From NCBI GenBank assembly GCA_028534125.1, contig CM052821.1:2356001-2420000 (forward strand): 64,000 nt of DNA, written 5' to 3'. The position numbers were made by a program, and so were the translations under genes. The stretch comes from Lama glama (Eukaryota). The notes beneath the pieces were generated by a model that was given only the letters and a program-made list of their open reading frames with translations, made no database searches and had not been told where the DNA came from. Below, in pieces: positions 1 through 63,649 of this stretch (positions are counted from its first letter, which is position 1; each line of letters opens with the position of its first letter).

Positions 1-65
1 CTCCGCATGGTGGGCTCTGTACCAGCAGGGGCTGGGCGTGTCTGTGGGAGGACTCCCCGCCATAG

Positions 66-52300
<52,235 letters not shown>

Positions 52301-53130
52301 GGCCCTGCGCCATTGGACTTCCCCCAGAGAGCCTCCTGCCCCTTGCCAGAGAAGTCCCTCAACAAGCCCCCCTCCTGCCTAGCCAACCCCTCCCCGGCCC
52401 TGCCGGGATGTATAAATGTAAAAATGAAGGAATTACTTTTTATATGTGAGCGAGCAAGTGAGCAAGCGAGCACAGTATTATCTCTTTCCGTTCTCCTTCC
52501 TGCCTGCTCCTCAGCACACACCCCCAATGCTGCCTTCTGCGGGGGGGGGAGCAGAGAGGGGGCTCCTGCGACTTATAGGTATGAGGGGACCCCACCTCCC
52601 ACCTTCCCGCCAAAAACGCACCCCCACTGGGAGAGCTGGTGGTGCTGCCTCCCCCTCCCTGTACAAGACACTTTGTCAAGGCTCTCCCCTCTCATCCCCC
52701 CACCCCCAGCTCCCTGAGGGCCAATTCTGGGGTTTGGGGGAAGCTGTGTCCTTTGCTGCCCCTGTCTGGAAGATTTGGCTCTGGCTAAGGTAGGAAGGAA
52801 AGGATGGAGATTTTCAGTTCTTCTTGGAGGAGGCCATCCCATGCCCCAGCCTCAGCTCCAGGGGCACCTCTGGGATAGCCACGCCCAATATCCCCCCAGA
52901 CAGGCCCTCTCCCTCTCTAGTGCCCCCACCATGGCCCCAGGGCTGGAGACTTTCTTTGGTAAACAGTCCCCCAGGCTCCCCTCCCCCTGGGGACAAGGAG
53001 GAAGTGGGGCACACCAAGGAAGGGCAAGTGGGCAGCCCCGTTTTGGGGACACGAATGTTTTAATAATTTTTGCTGAATTCCTTTACAACTAAATAACACA
53101 GATATTGTTATAAATAAAATTGTAAAAAAA
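52301..53130 (+). other. LRP1: LRP1 3'UTR (end approximate)
   Basis: Follows the stop codon; ends near AATAAA at 53113-53118. Confidence 0.8.
53113..53118 (+). terminator. LRP1 polyadenylation signal AATAAA
   Basis: AATAAA in an AT-rich block ~0.8 kb after the stop; TTGTGTCT follows at ~53158; a second AATAAA at 53514-53519. Confidence 0.8.
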
Positions 53131-54576
53131 AGAAAAAAAGAAAAAGAAAAAAACCACTTGTGTCTACCTATGACTCTGGGTAAGACTCTGGAAGCTGGAC
53201 TGTGCCTGCCTGCTGCCACCACCAGAGGGAGCCATGCTCTGTGCTTGAGCATCTGGTCTTCAGCGCTCTTCTGGAGCTCCCTCCCCCTTCATTCTGCTGT
53301 AACAGGGAAGCGGGGGGCACTGGACTTGACCAGGAAGACCTTCTTCTCTTGGCTGTGTGACCTTGAGCCAGTGACTTCACCTCTCTGGATCATGTGTTCC
53401 CTCTGGCTCTAGGACACTAACTCCAAGCTCTGTTTCTCTGCATTGTCACTTTTATGGGACACCACCAACTGTACCCAAAATGATCTCCAACAGTGAGAAA
53501 TCCCACAATAAGAAATAAACACACTGGGATTGTGAAAGGCTTTCTAATCCTTCAGGGTGGTCCCATACAGCTGTCTCTGCCTAAATTTGCTTTTTCTTTT
53601 TTTTAAATCTGTAACTAAGTTTGCTCTTGATGCACTAACATTTCACATTTCATGGAGACTAATTAATCAGATGCCAAGAGTAAGAACCTTGGATTCAGGA
53701 AAAGAGGGCCCCCCCCCCGGGAGGTTTTAAATATCTGAAGAACCCTTAGCCAACTCTCAAAGGGGGAACACTGCCTTTCATTCCCTCTCCCTCCCTGACC
53801 AACTTCCTCAGTCTTCCTCCTTTCTTGAAGAAACTATGGGTCTACACACCTCTAGAAACAAGAGCCCTCCCCTTCCCTCTTAGCCCTGAGATCCCATCTC
53901 CAGCCTCAGCTTCCAAGCCAGTTCTGTGATCCTCCATTGCCTCCTGGGCTCCCTAGGGCTGAGGGCAGAGGGACCCCGCTGGGAAAAAGGGGTGTCCTTG
54001 TCGATTTCTTGGAGGGAGGCTTGTGTCCTCAGCTATCCACCAGGTGGCATGCAAACTTCTGCAGCGCAGCTCATCCTGAAGCCAGGCACAGCCCCTCCCC
54101 ACACACACTAATTATGCACCTGCCAGTGGACCCTAGCCCAGCCTCTTACTTCTTTCCCTTGGGCTATTCTGCCACACCCCCTCTACCCTCCGCCAGCCAG
54201 CTCCCTCCCTCCCCCAGCGCCTGCCAGCTCCCCACCACCAGCAGCCCCACCCCCTCACTCCCTCCCTCTGCCAGCCATGCATCTGGTGCCCCCGGGGAGC
54301 CACTGATTCTCTGCCTGTCGCCTCAAGATCCTGGGCAGAACGAGAGGGGCTCCCAGCTGCAGCTAGGAACACATACCCCTCCAGTCAGCATCCTCTCCAT
54401 GCTCGCCAGAACATCCAGGAGAGGGTCTACCAGGAGGCAGTCCTCAAAAACTCCCCACCTAGCAAGGATAGCAGAGATGTAAGACAGAGGTGGAGAAGAG
54501 ATAGGGGCCAAACCAGAGGCAGAGGCTGATACAGACAGAATGAGGAACAGAGACAGAAATGAAGACAGGGAGTGGG

Positions 54577-54595
54577 TGTGTGTGTGTGTGTGTGT
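54577..54595. repeat. (GT)n microsatellite
   Basis: Direct reading. Confidence 0.85.
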
Positions 54596-55098
54596 ATCTG
54601 GAGAGAGAAGGTAGTGACCTGAGACTAGCAAAAGGAGTAGAGATGGGGTGGGTCAGGACTCCAGAAGATCAGGACTCTAGTGGTGGGCTTCTGTCCTGAG
54701 AGCCTAGGCCTATGTGTGCCCACTGCCCCCACTCACTACCACCTCAACAGCCCCTGTGATTGGCACTTAGGTTCAGGATTCTGGTTGGAGCCTTGTGGCC
54801 TTGGGCCTGGCCATTCCTGCTCCTTCCTGCCTCCCTCTCTTGCCACACCTGCACCCAGGTTCCTGCCTCCTGGCTTCTGTCTGTCTCTCTGGGTGAATCT
54901 GTGTCTGCCTCATCTTTTCAGCATTCACAATCCTTGTTTTGGGTCTGTCACATCCCTATATCTGTCTGTTTGTATGTGCCTAGGTTTGTCTTTTGGACTG
55001 CCAGTGCCAGCGTACACTTGTGTGTGTGTCCTTCTCTGTCTGTGGATGTTTGCCTCTCTGCCAAAGCAAGGAAGGTACGGTGGGCTCTGAGAACCTGG

Positions 55099-55298
55099 CT
55101 AGGTGTGCTTGTCTCTTGGTGCAAGTGTGCATTTGTCTCTGTGTGTGCTCCTGTGTGTGTGTAAATCGAACGTGTCTGTGTGTGACAGTGCCTCTAGGTG
55201 TGCTTCTCTCTTGGTGCAAGTGTGCATTTGTCTCTGTGTGTGCTCCTGTGTGTGTGTAAATCGAACGTGTCTGTGTGTGACAGTGCCTCTAGATGTGC
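55099..55298. repeat. 95-bp tandem duplication (~2.1 copies)
   Basis: CTAGGTGTGCTT..GACAGTGCCT units start at 55099 and 55194; partial third at 55289. Confidence 0.9.
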
Positions 55299-55545
55299 AT
55301 CTGTCTCCCTGTGTGTGTGCTGGTCTCTGTGTGAATGTGTTTGGCTCTGCCTCTGTGCTCACCTCTACAGTGTGGCCTGCCCCTGTGAACACATCTCCGT
55401 GCATGCCTGGGGGCATGTGTTGGTGTCTCAGGGTATGTGTCTGTCTCTCCATCTCTTTGCTTGTCCCTATCTCTCCATGTCTAAGTGTCGGTCATACCAC
55501 AGCCTCAGTGCATAGCAACAGCTGACAGCTGAAGACTCCTCAGGC

Positions 55546-55552
<7 letters not shown>

Positions 55553-55583
<31 letters not shown>
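55553..55583. repeat. (AG)n microsatellite
   Basis: Direct reading. Confidence 0.9.
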
Positions 55584-55585
<2 letters not shown>

Positions 55586-55903
55586 AGGGGGAGGAGGGAG
55601 CCGATGAAGAAACAGCCAAGAGGATAGGGACAGAGACAGGGCCAGGCTGGGGACAGAGACAAGGACAGAGACAGAGGAGGAAGAGGACAAGGATCGGAGA
55701 AGAGCTGATGGTGAAAGATGGGGCACTGGGAAGAAAGGGATGGAGATTGCACCATGAGGCCGGGCTGAGGGGTACTTCCTGCCAAACCCCTCCGCCCCCC
55801 GCAGGGACGCTCTGGGACATGCTGGGGTCAGCGGTGCGGGGCAAGGGGCAAAGGTGAACCGCCGGTCTAGCAGAGGGGTCCTGAGACCGCGGAGGTGCCT
55901 TGA

Positions 55904-56075
55904 NNNNNNNNNNNNNNNNNNNNNNNNNNNNNNNNNNNNNNNNNNNNNNNNNNNNNNNNNNNNNNNNNNNNNNNNNNNNNNNNNNNNNNNNNNNNNNNNN
56001 NNNNNNNNNNNNNNNNNNNNNNNNNNNNNNNNNNNNNNNNNNNNNNNNNNNNNNNNNNNNNNNNNNNNNNNNNNN
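55904..56075. other. N-run (172 nt) in the NXPH4 promoter island
   Basis: Direct reading. Confidence 0.98.
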
Positions 56076-56652
56076 TCGGCCCCTGCCCCGCTCCTGCCTC
56101 GGACCCACCTGGGCCCAGAGCATCGAAGGGACCCGGAGTTCCGAGGGTCCCTGGTCTTGCTGGGCTGCTGAGCCTCGCGGGGCTCCTGCTCCGTCGCGCC
56201 CCGCTTCGGGGGCCACGGTCCCGGAGCCTCGAGCCCCACGCCCGGCCCTATTCCTCAGCGGCGCACAGACCCAGCCTCTCGGGTACACAGTCCCTGAGCC
56301 CCGCAGCCCTCTCCGCTTCGCACCTGGGCCGGGGGCGTGTCTGGGGCGTGCCGGGGTGAAAGTCACCTTCGGTGCCCCCAGCTGGGCGGGAGGGGGCGCG
56401 CGGGGCGCGGCCGGGATTGGAGCGCCGCGGAGCCCCGCCCCCCCCCGCCCGCCCGAGTCCGACCCAACTTTCTCCCCCGCCCGCGCCCCGCCCCCGGCGC
56501 CGCGCTCCGCTCCTCTAGCCGCTCAGTCCGCGGGCCGCGCCGCCCGCTCCCGCCGCTCCGGCAGCCGCCCCGTGGCGCGCCGGCCCGGGCCCCTCGCCCC
56601 CAGGCCCGCCTCCCGCCTGCCCGGGACTCGCCCCGCCCGGCCACCCGGGAAG

Positions 56653-56709
56653 ATGCGGCTGCTCCCGGAATGGCTTCTTTTGCTCTTTGGCCCGTGGCTC
56701 CTGAGGAAG
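56653..56709 (+). CDS. NXPH4: Neurexophilin-4 coding exon 1 (signal peptide); exon 2 lies beyond the window
   Basis: AAGATG, MRLLPEWLLLLFGPWLLRK, AAG|GTAAGG donor; matches the recalled NXPH4 N-terminus and the known position downstream of LRP1. Confidence 0.93.
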
Positions 56710-59031
56710 GTAAGGGCAGCACGGCGGTAGCGCGAGCGGGGGTCCCGGACGCAGAGGTCCCAGAGTGCGAGGGGCTGCGTGCGCCCGCCCCGCCCCCGCG
56801 CGCAGCGTCCCAACTTTGTGCGGCGTGGGGGAGGCGGACAGACAGACTCCCCGCTCCGGACAGGCGCTCTTCCAGGGCAAGTTGGCCGAGGGTCGGGGTG
56901 GGTGCCGGGGTGGAGGCCCGCCTCGGATCCCGCTCCTGGCGCGGCGGGGGAGGGGGACGAAGCCAGACCCGCGAGTGCGCCAGACGGAGCGGGAGTGCGA
57001 GACAGACAGACAAGCCAGCAGAGTGTCAGCCTTGCCGTCTTTCCGCGCCAACCTCTCTCGCCTTCCTCGCTGTCTGTCCTTCCACCCCTCCACCCCCGCC
57101 TTCCCATTTCTCTCCTCTGCTCTTGTCACAATGCCAGGTGGGCCCTGTGTTCCAAGCATATACGGCCCGAACACACGCGCGCACACACGGACTCACACAG
57201 AGACGGTCGAACTTGGCTACGGTCTCCCATCACATTTCCCGCGGAGACACCATCTCCCCTGCACAGCCTCACAGACACACCCCTCGCGCCCGGCGGGTAG
57301 GGAGTGGGGGCTGTCTGAAAGGAGAGTCTCTCCTCCCGCCCCCTCCTCGTCCCCACCTTCCCAGGCTGCCTCTTTCCCTGAGGCTCCAGAGCGAGGACCC
57401 AGAGGCTAAGGGGGCCCAGACTTGATCTGCCTCCCTCCTAACTTGGAGGCTTCAACTCGTGTACACGGTGTGCTCATGTGTGCTGATATGGAAAGTGTGG
57501 GTCAGCGTGTGCACCTGTGTGCGTGCCTGTGTTGGGGCAGCCGGGCTCGGGTGTCTAGTACTGGGGTCCAGGATGCGTGTGTATGCTGGTGTGGTGTGCG
57601 GTGTTGCTCTCAAGGGGTGAATACAAGTGCCTGCTTCACAGTGCAGTCATCCGTGTCCCGCTATGAGTCCCACAATGGGGACCCAGGCCCTGGACCCCTG
57701 TCTTTTTCCATCAGCTCCCCTATCCCTAACTTTCCTATTTCCTGCACCCCAGCTGTGATCTACCTAGACTGGTGGACAGATAGGTCGCTCCCTACTCCCT
57801 GCACCCTCACCCCCAGCCCCTGCAGAGTCTGGAAGGGGTGTAGTTTCCCCCAACCACTTGGACTCCCATCAGTCAGCCAGATCACACTCAGCAGCTCCAG
57901 CAGGGCAGGGTCTGCCCTAATGAGGCTGGTGATGGAGCTCCTTGATTCTCCTAAGCCCGCCTGGTGACCTTGAGGGGCTGGAAGGTGGGCAGAGGAGCCC
58001 CCTCCACAAAAACTACTTCCACTGGCAGGAGCTTCTTTTGGACTTGCTGCCTAGCTCTGCCTATAGAGCGCTGCGGGAGGAGATCTGTGCCCCACAACCC
58101 ACCCGGGTGTGAAGGCCTGGGGGAGAGGAGGTGGGGTTGGATAGTATCCCTGACCCCTTCTTTCTAATTCCTCCCTACTCTCCTCTCCACTCTCCCCGTC
58201 AAATAAACTCCCCTGTGGACAGATCTGGTTTAATTTCCTTTGCCCCCTGAAGGGGAATGAAACATCTGGTGGAGACTTGAGGGAGAATAAGCATGAGGAT
58301 GTGAGCGATGGGGATCTATCTGAATGTGTGAGAGCTGCAGCTGTGGGCCTCTGTGTTAGAGTCCATGGGGGAGAATATCTGCCATTTAGTCCAGCTTGCG
58401 TGCATGTGAGAAGCTGTGTGTACCTGTACATACAGACTGTGGATGTATGAATATGTACAACTGTGCTTGGGGGAGTGTGTGTAGGAGTGTGTCCGAGTAC
58501 CTATCTGTGTGTGCTTGCATGCACTTGTGAGTATGGTGTGTGCACATGTGCATGCCTCACATGGTGGGTCTCTTGTGCACATCTGTGTGTTGGGGTGTAT
58601 GTGTTGTCTGGATGTGTCCCTGGGGTTTGCGAGTGTGTGTCTGCATTCTTGTGGTTTCAAGTGCATTTGTGTGTGGGTATGGGATTGTGAGCTTCAGGAT
58701 GCGTTCGTGTATCTGAGTGTGGCTTGTGTGTGTGTGTGCTTAGGGCTGCCTCAGTACCAGAGCTGGCACTGGGTTGACACTGGGTAAGAGGCTGGTAGGG
58801 GAGAGTTTACAGAGAAACCCTAATTGTCCAGTGCTGACAACCCTGCCTCTCCCATCCTCTTCACTTGCCCCTCCTCCAGGAGCTCTCTCCCTCCTTCCTC
58901 CTTGCTCTGGCTCCCGATCTCCTATCGTGGCCTGTGACTCTTGGTTTCCACTGCCTCTGGGGCTCTGGCGCAAGTCTTCTTCAGGATCTTTCTAACGTGG
59001 TCTCTGACTCCTCTCCCTGTCTGTCTCTGTC

Positions 59032-59163
59032 NNNNNNNNNNNNNNNNNNNNNNNNNNNNNNNNNNNNNNNNNNNNNNNNNNNNNNNNNNNNNNNNNNNNN
59101 NNNNNNNNNNNNNNNNNNNNNNNNNNNNNNNNNNNNNNNNNNNNNNNNNNNNNNNNNNNNNNN
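59032..59163. other. N-run (132 nt) in NXPH4 intron 1
   Basis: Direct reading. Confidence 0.98.
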
Positions 59164-59859
59164 TATCCTGCCTCTGGGAAGGATTAGGCTGAAGCGAGTC
59201 TCTCAGCCCTGGCTGGCCCCATCCCCATATCTAGCCACCCCCTCCTGCCTCTGTACCCCCCTTTAGCCCCCCAGCTAATCTCTGGCTGGGCCACTTAGGC
59301 ACGTGCAGCCTGGGCCAGGGCCCAGAGCTGTTGGCTGGGATTTGGGGGTAATCAGGGGCCGCAGCTGGGCCAGGGGCATGAGAGGGGGGCACTGTGATTG
59401 ATCCCTTGGGCCAGAGTCTGTGAGTATGGGAGGGAGTACCCAATGAAAGAAAAATTTACACGGCCTTGGGGTTGGGGTGGGGGAGGAGCTGGAGGCCCAG
59501 GACACGGTGATTAGGGAAGAGGTGAGGTAATTGGGGGACTGAAACAAGGTAAAGAAGGGTCACTGGGGTCAGGGATGGGGTCATCGGGAAGGGGAGAGAT
59601 AAACGTTCTACAAGACCAGGTAAGTAGAGGGGACATCATAGGGGTCAGAGATGAAGTCATTGTCGAGGAGATGCGGAACTTTGGACAGAGCCTTGGAACT
59701 CCACATAGGCGGAGTCCAGGAAGGGGTCAGGGTAACTGGGAGAGGGCAGAGTCGGTCATGGGGGAGGGGCCCCAGGGCTCAAGGGTGGCTGGGTGCAGTG
59801 GGGAGTCGTGGGGCGAGGGGTGGGAACGAGCAACGGGGCGGGGATGGGGAGCAGGGAGC

Positions 59860-60270
59860 GCTGCCTTGAGCGCTGGAAATTGGCAAGTCTCCCCCTCTCC
59901 CTCGCCTACCCCTCCTCCACCCCCACCCCGCCCACTCCCCCTCCGGCTCCGGCTTCGGGAAATTACATCCCAGCACCGCGGCTCCCACCGCCCCCCCCCC
60001 ACGCGCCCCGGAGCCCGCGCCTTTATAGGCACATTTATTGCAATAATAAAGTGAGGCGCGGGGCGGGGGGCGGGGGGCGGCCGTTCCCGGGGGGACCGCG
60101 CCGGCTCTAGGAAGCAGGGAAATAAAATAAAATAAAATAAAATCAAAATTCAGATAACGGTGAGCCTTGCGCGCTGCAGGCCAAGAGCAGGCGGGCAGGC
60201 GGGGCTGAGGGGGAGGGGGCGCCCGGCCCAAGGGCAGAGCCCGCCCCACCAGCGGTCCCCGCCCCCTCAC
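59860..60270. promoter_or_regulatory. Intronic CpG-rich element in NXPH4 intron 1 with AT-rich core
   Basis: CpG-dense flanks around CTTTATAGGCACATTTATTGCAATAATAAAG. Confidence 0.55.
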
Positions 60271-63200
60271 GCTATACTAGGGTCTGGAAGGAGGTATCTT
60301 TGCCTCCACCTGCCTGGTCCCCTCCTGTAGCCTGATCCTGCCCGTCTGCCTTTTCCTCTGACTTGTCTCCCATACCTGTCCTCAGCTCCCGTCTCCCTAT
60401 TCCTCTCTTATCTCCTTTCTCGTCCCCAAGTCCCAATTAACATTCCCCAACTCCTGGGTCTCTGCATCCCTCAGCACTCCTGTTTCTGCTCAATAATCAT
60501 TTCCCATCCCTGATTTCCGTTCCCACCCCCATCAGGCCCCCATCCCCTTCTCCCAGTCCCTGTTCCGTTCTCATTCCTGCCATTCCCCAACGCCCATCCC
60601 TCATCTACTATCCCTGTCCTCCCCTCCCCATTTTAGTTCCCATCCCATCCTGTTTCCCCATTTTCATTCTCCTGGCTACGCCTCTGCCCAATGCCTGTCC
60701 ACCATTTCTGATCTCCTCTTCATCCCTGTCCCCATGCCTATCCTTGTTGCATCCTTCTCTCTGCACCATATACCTGTGCCTGCCGAGTCTCCAACCCCAG
60801 TCCTCCTCCATCTCTGTCTCAATCCTCACCCAAGCCTGTCCTGTCTATCTCACCTCTGTCCTCACTCCCATCTCTATCCCTGGTTCCCAGCCAGACCCTG
60901 GCTACTCCACCAGCCCTGACTGCGGTGCCCCCTGCCTCCTTCTAGGTGGAAGGGTTCAGTATGCTATTCCCTACCCTTCCTCAACCCAGGCCTGGAGCAC
61001 TCCTCTTTCCCCAGCAACGGGGTGCCGTCCCCTCCCCCAGTCAGAATCCTGAGTGGCCCCGCCTGACCCACGCAGCAGGAGAGAAGCCACCGACAGGTCT
61101 GGAGGCCTGGGGGAGGTGCGCCCTGCAATGCGGCTGGGGGGCTGGCAGCCTGATCCTCTCTCCGTTCCCAGCGGTCCCATCCCCAAGAGCCCCTTTCCCC
61201 CACCCGGTGGAGTTTGTTCAGCAGCAAAATGCAGCCTCAACTCCCCTCCAATGCGTGGGCTCGCTGCCTTGGGGGCAAAGCTCTCCTGGCTCGGCTCCCG
61301 CCCTGCTAGGGCCTGGAGGCGCCTAGTGAAGTGCACCCCACACCCCACACCCTCCCTCCACTGCCACCGCACACCTCCGCCCCCCAAGCCGACAGCCAGG
61401 CTAGCCTCTCCCCTCCGCAAATGTCACTGCGCCCAATTAGCTTAATTAAACCAGCTCTGGAGCAGGGGGACCCCTCCTTGGACAACACCCGGCTCCCACT
61501 CTCAGTTGTCAAGGGGGAGGGACAGCACCACAGCTTCTGGGCAAAGAGGCCCCCTGATCCCCCTGCTTTCCTCTCCTACCCCCACCCACAGTTGGTGACA
61601 CAATCTGAAGGGTAGAGGGAAAGAACCACAGTGAGACAGTCAGAAGAAATAGGGAGAAAAACAATCACAGAAGGAGAAAATTAGAGACAGAGTGAGGAAG
61701 AGAGAGAAAAAAGAGACTAAGAAGCAGAGAGAAAGGGAGAGAGAGGGAGAGAGAGAGATGGAAAAACAGCGAGAGGGAGAGCGAGAGAGGGAGAGTGAGA
61801 GCGAGCGTGCAAGCAAGGAAGCCAGAGGGAGGATTTTATTTTATTCCATGTTCCCATTTCTCGGCTCGTTTCCTCCCAGACTCACGCCCCCCCTCAACTG
61901 AGCTAACCCCCCCACCGAAGGTCGCTTTGGCCGCCCCCCCACTCTTCCCTTTTATCTTGGCTGTCTCCAGCAGCCGGTGGGGGGTGTGGGTGCCCAAAGC
62001 CCCGGGATTTGCCAGGATCAGAGAAGCGCAGACAGCAATTTGTCTGGGATCAGAGGGGGGAACACCCAGCACCCCTGACTGCCCAGCCAAACCTCCTTTC
62101 TCCTCCCAGCCCCTGTCTGGAAGGAGTCTGGACTGAAGCAGTCGACAGGTCCTGGGCTGGGTGCAGGATGTCGGGTGCTGCTGGGGTGTGCTGGGAGGGG
62201 GTGGCTCAGAGGCACAGGGGTCAGGGACTGAAGGATGTCCCTGGAAAGAGCTAGTGGTTGGGCCCAGAGGGGTGAGGAGATTAGGTGTCAGAGTTCAAAT
62301 GACTCCCCCAACCATCCTTGGACTTTCCCTGGAAGCTTCACACACTCCCTCCTCCAATGTCCTCTCCGAGGCTCAGGCCTTGCTCTCTCTAAGCCCACCT
62401 TTAAGGGTGTTGGCCTATCCTCCAGGGAGGCCCTTGCCCCCTCCCACTGTGGCCTAGGACTCCTTCCCCCCAGCCCCTCTGAGGCCCACCCTCCGGGTGT
62501 CAGCTGCCAGCTCCTGCTTGTCTGTCTGAGTCAATCACTCTTGCCACCCCCGCCCCCCTTCACCTGAGCTGGGAGGAGAGATGGACGGGAGGAGGAATGA
62601 GGGGGGCGATAAATATGTATGACGAGCGGGTGGCGGCGGCATTAATAACCCGGGATCGCAGTGCTGCGGGGATGGGGACCAGGCGGTGGAGATTCTAGCC
62701 CAGCAGCTCGACTCTGCCGCTCCTGTCCCCTGTGGACACATGGGTGTGTGCAGAGGGGGACACCCATGCTGCCCTGCCTCTTTATCGACCCAAAGCTCAT
62801 CCTGCAGGCCAGTGTGGGACCCCCAGGGACCATTCATAAACAACTCACACATATGCACCCCCGAGGGGAACACGATGAGACCACACTTACTGTATCATTG
62901 TGGATACACTGACACACACCCTTGATAAAACTTGACACATGGACAGAAGATGATAGGAGCTCACACAGGAAAAGTGACACCCTCAGAGAATCACACACAG
63001 CCACCCTCAGACATACAGCCAACGCAGGCATACAACCACACCAGCCACACAGACACAACTACCACAAACGGAAACACAGCCTCACTTAGAACAACATAGA
63101 CACAGCCAATTCAGGCACATATACGCAGCCACCACAGGCTGATAGACATTCAGCCACCACAAGTAGGCGGACATACAACCTCCTGAGACTGATACACAGG

Positions 63201-63451
63201 GGCATACAAATACACACACACGTACAGCCACCATGCACAGCCTGAGACCTGGGACATGGCCATACCCTTGTGCCCCATTTTCCTGAAATACTTCCATACA
63301 ATCACTGGTTCCTTATTTTATCTTTTTTCGTATTATTTCTGGCCCATGAAATTTATAATGTGTATTAATCTGTGTACTTTATACCCTAGCCAGACACATA
63401 CATACTCATCACCATAGGTTGAGACTTGAGTGTGCCCGTGCACTCGTCCAT

Positions 63452-63460
<9 letters not shown>

Positions 63461-63486
<26 letters not shown>
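63461..63486. repeat. (CA)13 microsatellite
   Basis: Direct reading. Confidence 0.9.
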
Positions 63487-63649
63487 GTCATCACTCCAGG
63501 TAGACAGACACACACCCACCCTCCCAGGCTAACAGAAACGCAACCACCCCAGACTGACACACACGGTACGCCCTCCCCCCAGTCAGAACCCACACGCAGT
63601 AAGGCCACGGTAAACGGCCACAGCCAGCACAGTCTGACTGACACACTCT

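Larger units (their letters stand above)
55760..57300 (+). promoter_or_regulatory. CpG island / NXPH4 promoter and 5'UTR
   Basis: Dense CpG, several GC boxes (GGGCGG/CCGCCC), reverse CCAAT (ATTGG 56416-56420), no TATA. Confidence 0.85.

Noticed and set aside
56337-57425. 362-aa ORF and other overlapping Pro/Arg/Ala-rich ORFs in the NXPH4 island
   Set aside because: Typical CpG-island artefacts; the real coding part is the 57-nt exon in another frame
59969-59990. CAGCACCGCGG as a REST/RE1 site
   Set aside because: Right half-site GGACAG is missing
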